A DNA stretch of 41,628 bases from NCBI GenBank assembly GCA_031412875.1, contig JANODW010000308.1, forward strand, positions 1-41,628. Reading direction: 5' to 3'. The notes under the pieces are model-generated. The model did no database searches, was not told the origin of the DNA, and worked only from the letters and a program-made list of their open reading frames with translations. Each line of letters begins with the position of its first letter. The stretch's first letter is position 1. The translations under genes were made by a program, and so were the position numbers. Source of the DNA: Pirellula sp. (GTDB lineage Bacteria; Planctomycetota; Planctomycetia; Pirellulales; Pirellulaceae). Positions 17,136 through 26,192 of the stretch are shown in pieces.

Positions 17136-17186
17136 AAGCGGGAACGAGGGGCCAAGCCATTCCCTCGCTCGCGCTTCGGGTTGTGA
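17136..17186. repeat. Degenerate palindromic repeat (CCCTCGCT-GCGCTTCGGG type)
   Basis: Arms agcgggaacgaggg ... ccctcgctcgcgct. The right arm matches 34427-34451 at 18 of 25 positions. Confidence 0.5.
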
Positions 17187-17294
17187 TTTTTGGCCGTCAG
17201 GGTCCATCACTGTCCATTTGTCGGTTGAGTCCAGATTGTCATCGGAAAGGGAATGCGATTCAAGACTGCCTGCGTGGGTTCCCCGGGATCCGCT

Positions 17295-18611
17295 TCAGAA
17301 TCGTACAGAAAGGCCGGCTGTCCAACCGCGAAAGAGCTGGTCGTCGCTCGTTCGTAGCGAGAATGTGGGTTGTTGGGCAGCATAGTCGAGTCGCTGGTCC
17401 GCAACGGTGGCGAGCGAGGGAAAATACCACATTTCGTATCCGCAGGATGCGACCACGTTTTCCGAAAAGCGATAATTCAAGCTCGCGACCGCTTCCCAGA
17501 CTGTCGTCAATCGCAGCTTGCGGTCTTTCAAATCGGTTGTGAGGACGTTGTTCGAGTTGACGTTCAAAGCCCCTCTCGCAAAGTTCCCATAGAGTCCACT
17601 CGAACCGCCGACACCCGCGGTGAGGCGCTGGCTGAGGGGGCGGTTCAGTTGAATACCAACCTGCCAGCCGGCCAAAAAATTGTCGGTCCTTAGTCCCAGT
17701 TGATTCTTCGTGGCGTTCTGAGTTGCCTCCAATTGATATTCCTCGCCGTGATCGACCAGTCGCAGTCCATAGAATAGCTTCGAGAGTTCATCGCCATAGG
17801 TGCAACGGTTGAGTTCGTAAGATGCCAGACGCACGCGTTGCGATTGATGATGAAGATCCGCATTGTCAAACGGGCCAGCAAGAGTCGGTGGCAACGTGGA
17901 TTGGAGGGACCCGGCCGAAGTCGCAACCGTGGTCGCATCCCGGTCCCAATGAAAGGGTCCCGTAAACTTGAACTCGATTTGCTCTATCGCCCCGAATAGC
18001 CTTGTGACCGTGTACCGGCCGGCCAAGTCGCGAGCGAAGCGATCCATGCTTGCACCTTGCGAAAAGGGACCAACAGAATCATTGCTTCGGACGAAACTAA
18101 TTGGCTCGTAGGCCAAGAGGAAATCCGGGCGCTGCGGGTCGAGCGCGAATACGTCATCCCACCCCCAGGTCTGTCGGTTTGGAGGCAGCGGAACAGACGG
18201 CGCTGCCTCGCTCGGAATAGTCGCTGCTGGAGGAGTCGGCCAAGTTGCCACTCCCGTCCCCACGGGCTGAGGACCAGACGCGATGGAGTCGTAACCGGCC
18301 GTCATTACGCTCTCGGGAGTCGCCGCTGCATTCGGAAGGGCAAAGGCTGCTGGCACGGCGGTGGGTTCCGGCGGAGCGCTCGTTGGAGTCGTCGCGCGAA
18401 ATGGAAAAGCGTGCGTCGTTGGCGCACTAGGCAAACTGCCGGTGGGCAGTTGCTGCAGGAATTCCTGCGAGCTAACACTTGAACGGTCGTTCCATTGAAT
18501 GGGATTCGCCCGGGCAACTCGGCTCTGGCTGAGGATCAACACAAGTGCCAAGGCGATCGCGATCGCTTTCCTTTGCACTTGTTGATAGCCGGAATTGCAA
18601 CGCTGGTACAT
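17295..18611 (-). CDS. Putative outer-membrane beta-barrel protein (BBP7/DUF1551-like) with Pro/Ala/Thr-rich N-terminal region
   Basis: Signal peptide RKAIAIALALVLILSQSRVARA, alternating amphipathic strands (GWQVGIQLN, WEAVASLNYRF, VASCGYEMWY) and a C-terminal beta-signal-like GWTAGLSVRF. The family name is inferred. Confidence 0.7.
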   Translation of the reverse strand: MYQRCNSGYQQVQRKAIAIALALVLILSQSRVARANPIQWNDRSSVSSQEFLQQLPTGSLPSAPTTHAFPFRATTPTSAPPEPTAVPAAFALPNAAATPESVMTAGYDSIASGPQPVGTGVATWPTPPAATIPSEAAPSVPLPPNRQTWGWDDVFALDPQRPDFLLAYEPISFVRSNDSVGPFSQGASMDRFARDLAGRYTVTRLFGAIEQIEFKFTGPFHWDRDATTVATSAGSLQSTLPPTLAGPFDNADLHHQSQRVRLASYELNRCTYGDELSKLFYGLRLVDHGEEYQLEATQNATKNQLGLRTDNFLAGWQVGIQLNRPLSQRLTAGVGGSSGLYGNFARGALNVNSNNVLTTDLKDRKLRLTTVWEAVASLNYRFSENVVASCGYEMWYFPSLATVADQRLDYAAQQPTFSLRTSDDQLFRGWTAGLSVRF

Positions 18612-18641
18612 CAGGAATCTCAGGTGCAACAGAGTGTTAGA

Positions 18642-20267
18642 CTAGTTGGAAACGGTCAGCTTGTCCTTGACAGGTACCAAGTAGATCTTTCGCACCAGTT
18701 CCAAGATACGACGAGCGGACTCTTCGCTATCCGTGGTCCCTTTCACTTCGAGGCTCCCGTCTTCTTTGCCTAAGATGCTGACCTCGGCACGCGGGAAGCT
18801 CTGTGCGATTACCTGTTTGATGTCCTTGACCGCATTCGTCGTTGCCTGGACCTTGCCCCCTGGCTGCGTAACATTCACTTGAATGACCTGGGGAGTATCG
18901 CCGAGATCCGCGGTCCAGATCTGAACCAGTGTGCTTCCAACTTGATTGCCCACGAGGGAGATAGCTCGATCATTGTGCAGTACTTTGCATACACTTTCGT
19001 CTTGAACAGCAATCGCAACGAAACGGCCAGCCAGGTTCATCGTGGTCGCGGCCAAGCTTTCCAAGTCGACAGTCGCAACGGGAGATTGATAGGTTGGTCG
19101 CGAGTCAAACCGACGACGCGTGAGGTCGTTGCTTGGCTCCATGGCGGCACTGGTCGGCTTGGGATTGCGAAGTGGTGGTTCCATTTGCAGTTCTCTTGAA
19201 GGAGGTGCAATGGCAACAAACGCATCCGGGACGGTGTCGGAAACGACGGCCTTAGGAACCATGCCCTTCGAGCTGGTCGCACCGCCTCCTGCTGAAATGG
19301 AATGCGGAACCAACGATGTATCCACCTCGACGGTTTGCCCATCCGTCTCCGGCTCATCGTAGACTTTGCGAGATTCTATTTCCGTGGACAGAGCCAAAGA
19401 AACCGTATGTTCAAGTTTCGTTGGCTTGAACTTCACCAATTGAGGCACGCGATTTTTGGTTGGCGGAACCGTTGCCGTCTCGTTGCTATCTACCAACGAA
19501 TCGCCCAAGGACATTCGGACAGCAGTCGTTTGCGAAGCGGCAGTTGAAGTCGACTGCGATGTCGATTGCGATGGTAACGCTGTCGTTGCGAATCCCTGCG
19601 ATGCGTCTTTGGCGGCATCTGAGGACGCGTCGGCTTTGCGGCCAGTCGGCTCGACCAAGAACGGCGGCATCTTGGCCGGCGGCGAAATCGAGCGACTTGG
19701 AATGACTCGTACATTTACTGTTTCTGTCGGTGCGGCAGGCTCGCTCGCAGGCAACATTTGCATCTCGGCGGTTGCCTGAGGTGCCGAGGGTGCCATAACG
19801 GGAGGTTCCGCATTCCCTTCGCCGCCATTGAGCTTCATTAACACTTTGCCGGTCGGCTGATTCGACTTCAAGTCGGGTTTCTTTGGCATTGCAGGCAGAC
19901 TGACATAAGTTGGGCTCGATGCAGGTTCGGAGTCTGCCGTGGGAAAGGCTGCAGGGAGCAATAGACCAGCAGCAGGCAATGTGCTGGGCATCGCAGACGG
20001 CACCGTGCTAGGGAAGGCCAGGGGCGCCGCGTTCGCGTTCGCAACGGGTGTCGGCAACTGCTTGCCGTTGGATGGGATCAGTCGAATACCAACCGCTTTA
20101 ACCCCAGGCACCCTGCTCATCTTTTCGATTGGCAGTTGTTGCGTTTTTAGTTCCTGGCCAAACGTAGATACCGCGCAGTTTCCTGCGAATGCAGTTGCAA
20201 CAATCGCCAATGCTAAAATTTTTCGTTTGGCTCGCCTTTGGACGTTATGGATTCGATTGCTTTGCAT
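18642..20267 (-). CDS. Secreted protein with long P/A/S/T-rich region, CpaC/RcpA-type pilus-secretin N-terminal domain and BON-like domain; no secretin domain
   Basis: Signal peptide KRKILALAIVATAFAG. IAVQDESVCKV...ISLVGNQVGSTLVQIW resembles the T2SS-T3SS_pil_N domain, and IAQSFPRAEVSI...LEVKGTTDSEESARRILELVR...VKDKLTV resembles BON. The stop follows immediately. Confidence 0.72.
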   Translation of the reverse strand: MQSNRIHNVQRRAKRKILALAIVATAFAGNCAVSTFGQELKTQQLPIEKMSRVPGVKAVGIRLIPSNGKQLPTPVANANAAPLAFPSTVPSAMPSTLPAAGLLLPAAFPTADSEPASSPTYVSLPAMPKKPDLKSNQPTGKVLMKLNGGEGNAEPPVMAPSAPQATAEMQMLPASEPAAPTETVNVRVIPSRSISPPAKMPPFLVEPTGRKADASSDAAKDASQGFATTALPSQSTSQSTSTAASQTTAVRMSLGDSLVDSNETATVPPTKNRVPQLVKFKPTKLEHTVSLALSTEIESRKVYDEPETDGQTVEVDTSLVPHSISAGGGATSSKGMVPKAVVSDTVPDAFVAIAPPSRELQMEPPLRNPKPTSAAMEPSNDLTRRRFDSRPTYQSPVATVDLESLAATTMNLAGRFVAIAVQDESVCKVLHNDRAISLVGNQVGSTLVQIWTADLGDTPQVIQVNVTQPGGKVQATTNAVKDIKQVIAQSFPRAEVSILGKEDGSLEVKGTTDSEESARRILELVRKIYLVPVKDKLTVSN

Positions 20268-20473
20268 TTGCCTGGCCCTCTGCTTCGACTGTGAGACGAA
20301 CCGAAACGACTTCGCCGTTTCCGGATGCGCTGTTGTGGATCAGTATCGGACGCAAACCTTTGCCGAGTTGAGCGAATGTAACGCTTGTATCGATCATAAC
20401 GCTTTCCAAAAGCTAGCTATCGCCGGTTGGAACGGACTTGATCTTGCCGGATTGCTCTCGATAGACTGCGTCT

Positions 20474-21472
20474 ATGGCAACGATTCTCATTACCAATTCT
20501 GTCCCGACAGATCCGATCCTGCGTCAGGTTCCCAAAACAAAAGCGGGGTGGTGCGGGCATCGCTTTCTGCTTCGGCCCACGGGGGAACCAATCGATGCGT
20601 GGGTTGTCTATGACAATCTGCTTCAGCCGGAAACCAACCCAATCGAACGCAGCCGCACCCTTTTAGTCACCGGTGAGCCGCCTAGTGTTCGGCGGTATCG
20701 CACTCCGTTTACCAGCCAGTTTGGATCGATCCGGACATCGCACGCTGGAGTGGACCACCCCGAAATCGTTCGCGCCCACGAAGCTCAACCTTGGCATTTT
20801 GGGATGCACCCATGCCGATCGCATCCGCATATCCTGGACTATGATGCGCTCGCATCGATGTTGCCACCGCCCAAGCCCAAGCTTTTGAGTGTGATATCGA
20901 GCAATAAAGCCATCACGGAGGACCATCGGCAGCGGCTACGGTTTGTAGAGCATTTGAAGTCGGCGTTTGGAGACCAAATCGATGTTTTTGGCCGCGGCAT
21001 CCGAGATGTGCCGGACAAGGCAGATGCCATCTGGAATTATCGGTACCACATTGTTTTGGAAAACGATCATTCCCCGTTCTACATGTCAGAAAAATTGCCG
21101 GATTGTTTTCTAGGCTGGAGTTTCCCTTTTTATTCAGGGGGTGTTTTTGCACAGAGCGCTTTCCCCGATGGCAGCTTTGCTCGCATCGACATGTACGACC
21201 CGGCGCGTTCGATCGCGACCATTCAAGCAAAAATTCAAAGCGACAGCTACGCGACGGATCAGGAACTCATCCGTCAGGCGAGACGGATCGTGCTCGACGA
21301 ATTGAATCTCTTTGCAGTGCTCGGCCAAGCTGTCGAAGCCTTGGAAGCAATGCTGAAAAACCGAGGAAGTTCTCGGTTTCGCGCGTCGGCTCAAACCACG
21401 CTTTTACCGAAAAAGCATTCGATCCAACTGAGTATGCAGAAACTCATGCGATCCATGTCGATTGTGGCTTGA
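20474..21472 (+). CDS. Glycosyltransferase family 10 (alpha-1,3/4-fucosyltransferase-like)
   Basis: GT10-type motif YRYHIVLEND...YMSEKLPDCFLGWSFPFYSG, plus GEPPS, LSVISSNK and IDVFGRG. Confidence 0.85.
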   Translation: MATILITNSVPTDPILRQVPKTKAGWCGHRFLLRPTGEPIDAWVVYDNLLQPETNPIERSRTLLVTGEPPSVRRYRTPFTSQFGSIRTSHAGVDHPEIVRAHEAQPWHFGMHPCRSHPHILDYDALASMLPPPKPKLLSVISSNKAITEDHRQRLRFVEHLKSAFGDQIDVFGRGIRDVPDKADAIWNYRYHIVLENDHSPFYMSEKLPDCFLGWSFPFYSGGVFAQSAFPDGSFARIDMYDPARSIATIQAKIQSDSYATDQELIRQARRIVLDELNLFAVLGQAVEALEAMLKNRGSSRFRASAQTTLLPKKHSIQLSMQKLMRSMSIVA

Positions 21473-21521
21473 TCGCATAAAAATATCCCTCCTTCCGTTT
21501 CAATCGCGTCATCTACCAACC

Positions 21522-22517
21522 ATGAGCATGCCAGCCGTCTCTGTCGTGATACCGGTTTATAACGCCGGCAAGTACCTGGCATCTGCCATTGGAAGCATTG
21601 TCGATCAATCTTTTACCGACTGGGAAATGGTCTGTATCGATGACGGCAGCACCGACAGTAGCCCTGAACTGTTGGATAGGTTTGCGGCGCACGACCCGAG
21701 GATCCGAGTCGTCCACCAAGCAAACTGCGGTGTGGTGGCGGCGGCCAATCGAGGGCATCAATTGGCTCGCGCGGAACTCGTGTGCCGGATGGACGCCGAC
21801 GATATTGCAATGCCGAATCGACTGGCCCATCAAGTCGACTTCATGCAACGCCATCCCGAGTACGTCGCCGTGAGCGGAGCCATTCTTGAGATGGACACCG
21901 ATTCCGAACCGTTGGGGCTCCAGCAATTGCCCGGCGATCATGAAGCCATCGTTCAGCGTTTGCTGAGTCGCGATACGGGTCTTTTCCAACCGGCTAGCAT
22001 TATGCGATCCGAGGCCTTCCGAAAGATCGGTGGATTTCGAGCCAAATACCAATGGATAGAGGATCAAGACCTGTGGCTGCGAATGAGTGGCGTGGGCCGC
22101 TTAGGAAACACCGAGGAACTTGTTCTATGCTACCGATTGCATCCAGCGAGTTGCACTTGGTCGATGTCAAGCCTGCGATCGGAGTTGATGACTCAATTGA
22201 TGTTGGAAGCCCATTCGGAACGGGGCATCGCACCCAAAGGGCGAGACGCGATCACTCCGCCGACCCGTTCGTTTGCTGGTCCGGGCAAGTGGGCTCGCAA
22301 AGCGGTTCGTGGAGGCTACCCTAAAACCGCTTTAAAGCATCTCCGGAGTTTATGGAAGCAGGACGGTTTGACATGGTACACGCTGAGGATGTTTGCTGAA
22401 GTCGGCTTGCGTTTGCCTATCGCTGCCAAATCACGCCGCAGCGTTGCGACCGAATCGTTCATTCCAAATACAGACGCATGGCAACAACGGTTCGGGCTTG
22501 GCCAACCTTCGCTATAG
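21522..22517 (+). CDS. Glycosyltransferase family 2
   Basis: VSVVIPVYNA, IDDGSTD, HQANCG, RMDADD and EDQDLWLR. Confidence 0.93.
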   Translation: MSMPAVSVVIPVYNAGKYLASAIGSIVDQSFTDWEMVCIDDGSTDSSPELLDRFAAHDPRIRVVHQANCGVVAAANRGHQLARAELVCRMDADDIAMPNRLAHQVDFMQRHPEYVAVSGAILEMDTDSEPLGLQQLPGDHEAIVQRLLSRDTGLFQPASIMRSEAFRKIGGFRAKYQWIEDQDLWLRMSGVGRLGNTEELVLCYRLHPASCTWSMSSLRSELMTQLMLEAHSERGIAPKGRDAITPPTRSFAGPGKWARKAVRGGYPKTALKHLRSLWKQDGLTWYTLRMFAEVGLRLPIAAKSRRSVATESFIPNTDAWQQRFGLGQPSL

Positions 22518-22595
22518 ATGAATAGGAACGAAGTTTGGGGAGTTGCGTGATTTTCGAATGACATCGAAGGGGATGGACTTTAGAATGGGTGGCGG

Positions 22596-25500
22596 ATGCC
22601 AACACGTCCTCTCCGTTTCCAACCGATCCACCTTCCCACCCCCAATCGCGCTATGATGTTTCTAGCTAGTCTCCTGTTCGCTTTTTTTCATGTTACCTTC
22701 ATCGCCGACGAGCGCCGTTTGTTCAACGGGACGGATTTGTCCGTTTGGGACGGAAACCCCGAACTGTGGAGCGTCAAGGATGGCGTGATGACTGGGATCA
22801 CCAAGGCTGACGAACCGCTTCCTTATAATCAGTTTTTGATATGGCGAGGAGGCAGCGTAAAGAATTTTGAATTGCGAGCGACCATCCGGCAAACCGGAAA
22901 CAATTCGGGCATTCAATATCGCAGCAAGGAACTTCCCAATGTAGGCAAGTGGTCCATCGGTGGCTATCAGTGTGACATCCATCCCACCGCCGCAAACAAT
23001 GCCATGCTCTATGACGAACGCGGACGAGGCATTGTTGCAAAGAATGGTCAGCAGGTGATCGTAGACGAACTAGGGGCCAAATGGTTGGTCAAAGAGCAAT
23101 CTCCTATCGAAGTGAGCGTGCCGGAGTGGAATGAATACAAAATCATCGCGAGGGGCAACCATCTGATTCATCAAGTCAATGGCAAGACCACTGTGGATTT
23201 GATCGATCATCAAAGTTCGGAACGCGAGCTCGAAGGCCTGCTGGCTTTCCAAGTGCATCGAGGTCCGGCCATGAAGGTCGAAATTAAAGACGTATTTTTG
23301 AAGGAGCTTCCCGACGGTGAACTTTTGAGTTTGGAACAAAACCCAATCCCCAAGGAAGCTCAAAAACTAGGAGCACCTGCCAAGGCTCCGGCGCCTGCTG
23401 CCAAAAAGAATCCGGAGGCCAGCGTTGCAGCCAACGTCGCTCCCGCTCCCACCGAGTCTCCGCTGGCACAGCAACCCCCTAAAAAAGCCAATCCCAGGCC
23501 ACAGCCCAAACAAGCGGCAGTCGGCCCCGCAATCAATGAGAACAAAGCAACGCCTATCGACCGGATCAAAGTCCCGAAGGACTTCCAAGTCGAATTGCTC
23601 TACTCGGTCCCTGGACAGCAAGAAGGGTCCTGGGTCAATCTTTGCTTGGACGACAAGGGCCGAATGTTGGCGAGCGATCAATATGGCGGACTCTTTCGAT
23701 TTCCATTGCCGCCTGCAGGCAAAACGATCGATCCCAAATCCGTAGAAAAGATGGCCGTGGATATTCGCGCAGTGAACGGCATGGCATTCGCTTTTGGTGC
23801 GCTCTACATTGGGGTCAATGACTACGAAAAGAAAATACCCTCAGGCTTGTATCGCATAACGGATTCCAATGGCGACGATCAGCTCGATCACGTCGAGTTG
23901 TTGCGGTCGATCGAAGCCAGTGGAGACCACGGTGTGCATGCGATCGTTCCCACCCCAGACGGAAAATCGTTGTTCCTGGTGTGTGGCAACGCTGCTAAGA
24001 AAACGCTGACCGAACAAACTTCGCCGGTCCCATCCATTTGGGGCGAAGACCATCTGTTGCCGCGGATGCCGGATGGCAAAGGTTTCATGCGCGATGTGGT
24101 GGGACCGGGCGGGATCATCTACAAAGTCTCACCGGATGGTAAGAAATTCGAAGTGTTTTCGAACGGGTATCGAAATATTTTTGACGCGTCGCTCAATGAT
24201 GAAGGGGAGCTTTTCACGTACGACGCCGACATGGAATACGATTTCAATACGTCCTGGTACCGACCGACGCGAGTCAATCACGTCGTGAGCGGTTCCGAGT
24301 ATGGATGGCGAAACGGCGCGGGCAAGCGTCCTGAATTCTATGCGGACAACCTGCCAGCAACGATCAATATTGGCCCTGGCTCACCCACCGGCACCACGTT
24401 TGGATACGGGGCAAAGTTCCCGGCAAAGTACCAAAAAGCGTTCTTCATTTTGGATTGGAGCTGGGGAAAAATGTGGGCCGTTCATCTTGCCCCGAGCGGC
24501 TCGAGCTATACGGCGACCAAAGAGGAGTTTGTCTCCGGCTCGCCATTGCCAATGACCGACGCAGTCATCCATCCAGGAGATGGAGCCATGTATTTCGCCA
24601 TCGGCGGCCGTCGCGTGCAGTCGGGATTGTATCGGGTCTCCTATGTCGGCACAGAATCGACCGCTCCGGCCACCTCCGGCTACCAGCCGCAGCGTCCCGC
24701 CAGTTCGCAATTGAGCGACGAAGTGGTCCGAGCTCGCGCCACTCGCAAACAGTTGGAACAATTTCATGGTGTGCAAAGCCCGGATGCGATCAAGGTTGCT
24801 TGGCCGCATCTTGCCAGCCAAGATCGGTTTATTCGCTGGGCCGCACGTATCGCAATCGAACACCAACCGTTTGAGAGTTGGTTGGCCAAGGCACTGTCCG
24901 AACCATCGCCTGAGATCCAAGTCGAAGCGATCCTGGGAGCTGCTCGGGTGGGCGGGATTTGCCCGTCACTGCGCGATGACAAATCACCACCGGTGGACCT
25001 GGGGCTGCGAGATAAGTTGCTTCAAGCGATGGAAAAAATCGATTGGCTGAAACTTCCTGCCGATCGGCAACTCACCTATGTCCGCACCTTAGAAATCATA
25101 CTGAATCGGTTCGGACGGCCGGACGAGCCCACGCTCAAGCGATGGATTGCTAAATTGGATCCCGCTTTCCCTAGCAAATCCTTTGATCTCAATTGGCTCC
25201 TATGCGAAACCTTGGTCTACCTGCAATCGCCGACCGCTGCGGAAAAAACGATCGCCTTGATCGCAAGGTCTCCTAGCCAAGAGGAACAAATCGAATACGC
25301 TCGCTCGCTGAGAGCACTGACGACAGGATGGACCACAGCGACCAGAACGGCTTATTTGGAATGGTTCTTGAAAGCTTCCAATTTCCGAGGGGGCGCTAGC
25401 TTTGACAAGTTCATTGAGTTCATACGGAACGACGCCCTCACTACATTTTCTGAGGTAGAAAAGAAAGAGCTTCAATCGTTAATCGCCCAGAAGCCGATCC

Positions 25501-26060
25501 GAAAATCGGCAATCGAAAATGTGGGAGCGATTTTCGCTGGTCGCAAAGAAAACAATTACACCATGGACGAATTGGTCGCGATCGCAAACCAAGGATTGGT
25601 TTCCAATGCATCTTTGAGCGAAGGCATTCGCAAGCGGGATCTTGAGAATGGACGAAAGATGTTCGGTGCAGCCGCTTGTTTCACTTGCCACCGCTTTGGA
25701 AACGAGGGAGGCATGACCGGTCCAGATTTAACCAGTGCCGGTCGCCGTTACTCCATCAAGGACTTGATCGAACAAATCGTTACACCTAGCAAAGAAATCA
25801 ACGAACAGTTTGTGCCTATTGAAGTGGTGACCGAGGAGGAAGAGCGAATTCGGGGCGTGGTCGTCAATTTAAACGGAGACACCATCACCCTCAATACGGA
25901 CGCTGCCGATCCCAACGAAAGGAAAACGATCGATCGCAAAACGGTGGTCAGTATCGGAACCTCCAAGGTCTCGCCCATGCCTCTGAATCTGCTGGCTCCG
26001 ATGACCAAGGACGAGATCGTGGACTTGCTCGCCTACGTCCTCAACGGTGGCACGCAGTAG
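22596..26060 (+). CDS. DUF1080 domain + dehydrogenase-like beta-propeller + HEAT-like repeats + PVC-type heme c domain
   Basis: LFNGTDLSVWDG, NSGIQYRS, GYQCDI and WNEYKIIARGNHLIH (DUF1080); VPKDFQVELLY, GYRNIFD and GSEYGWR (propeller); CFTCH...GPDLT...SPMP (heme c). The start could be 22653 or 22656. Confidence 0.85.
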   Translation: MPTRPLRFQPIHLPTPNRAMMFLASLLFAFFHVTFIADERRLFNGTDLSVWDGNPELWSVKDGVMTGITKADEPLPYNQFLIWRGGSVKNFELRATIRQTGNNSGIQYRSKELPNVGKWSIGGYQCDIHPTAANNAMLYDERGRGIVAKNGQQVIVDELGAKWLVKEQSPIEVSVPEWNEYKIIARGNHLIHQVNGKTTVDLIDHQSSERELEGLLAFQVHRGPAMKVEIKDVFLKELPDGELLSLEQNPIPKEAQKLGAPAKAPAPAAKKNPEASVAANVAPAPTESPLAQQPPKKANPRPQPKQAAVGPAINENKATPIDRIKVPKDFQVELLYSVPGQQEGSWVNLCLDDKGRMLASDQYGGLFRFPLPPAGKTIDPKSVEKMAVDIRAVNGMAFAFGALYIGVNDYEKKIPSGLYRITDSNGDDQLDHVELLRSIEASGDHGVHAIVPTPDGKSLFLVCGNAAKKTLTEQTSPVPSIWGEDHLLPRMPDGKGFMRDVVGPGGIIYKVSPDGKKFEVFSNGYRNIFDASLNDEGELFTYDADMEYDFNTSWYRPTRVNHVVSGSEYGWRNGAGKRPEFYADNLPATINIGPGSPTGTTFGYGAKFPAKYQKAFFILDWSWGKMWAVHLAPSGSSYTATKEEFVSGSPLPMTDAVIHPGDGAMYFAIGGRRVQSGLYRVSYVGTESTAPATSGYQPQRPASSQLSDEVVRARATRKQLEQFHGVQSPDAIKVAWPHLASQDRFIRWAARIAIEHQPFESWLAKALSEPSPEIQVEAILGAARVGGICPSLRDDKSPPVDLGLRDKLLQAMEKIDWLKLPADRQLTYVRTLEIILNRFGRPDEPTLKRWIAKLDPAFPSKSFDLNWLLCETLVYLQSPTAAEKTIALIARSPSQEEQIEYARSLRALTTGWTTATRTAYLEWFLKASNFRGGASFDKFIEFIRNDALTTFSEVEKKELQSLIAQKPIRKSAIENVGAIFAGRKENNYTMDELVAIANQGLVSNASLSEGIRKRDLENGRKMFGAAACFTCHRFGNEGGMTGPDLTSAGRRYSIKDLIEQIVTPSKEINEQFVPIEVVTEEEERIRGVVVNLNGDTITLNTDAADPNERKTIDRKTVVSIGTSKVSPMPLNLLAPMTKDEIVDLLAYVLNGGTQ

Positions 26061-26081
26061 TTCTCCGCATGTTGCGTTCAG

Positions 26082-26124
26082 AGTTGTGCAGCGGATCACT
26101 TCCCGGTGATCCGTTTGCATAACT
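26082..26124. terminator. Strong hairpin between convergent genes (bidirectional terminator or REP-like)
   Basis: agttgtgcagcggatcac-ttcccg-gtgatccgtttgcataact. There is no clear U-tract. Confidence 0.5.
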
Positions 26125-26150
26125 GGGTGTGACGGTCGTGGGCTGCTTCG

Positions 26151-26192
26151 CTGGGCTTATTTTGCTGGGCTTATTTTGTTGGGCTTATTTTG
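26151..26192. repeat. 14-bp tandem repeat x3 containing the stop codon of the minus-strand gene
   Basis: ctgggcttattttg, ctgggcttattttg, ttgggcttattttg; the TAA at 26187-26185 lies in the third unit. Confidence 0.9.
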
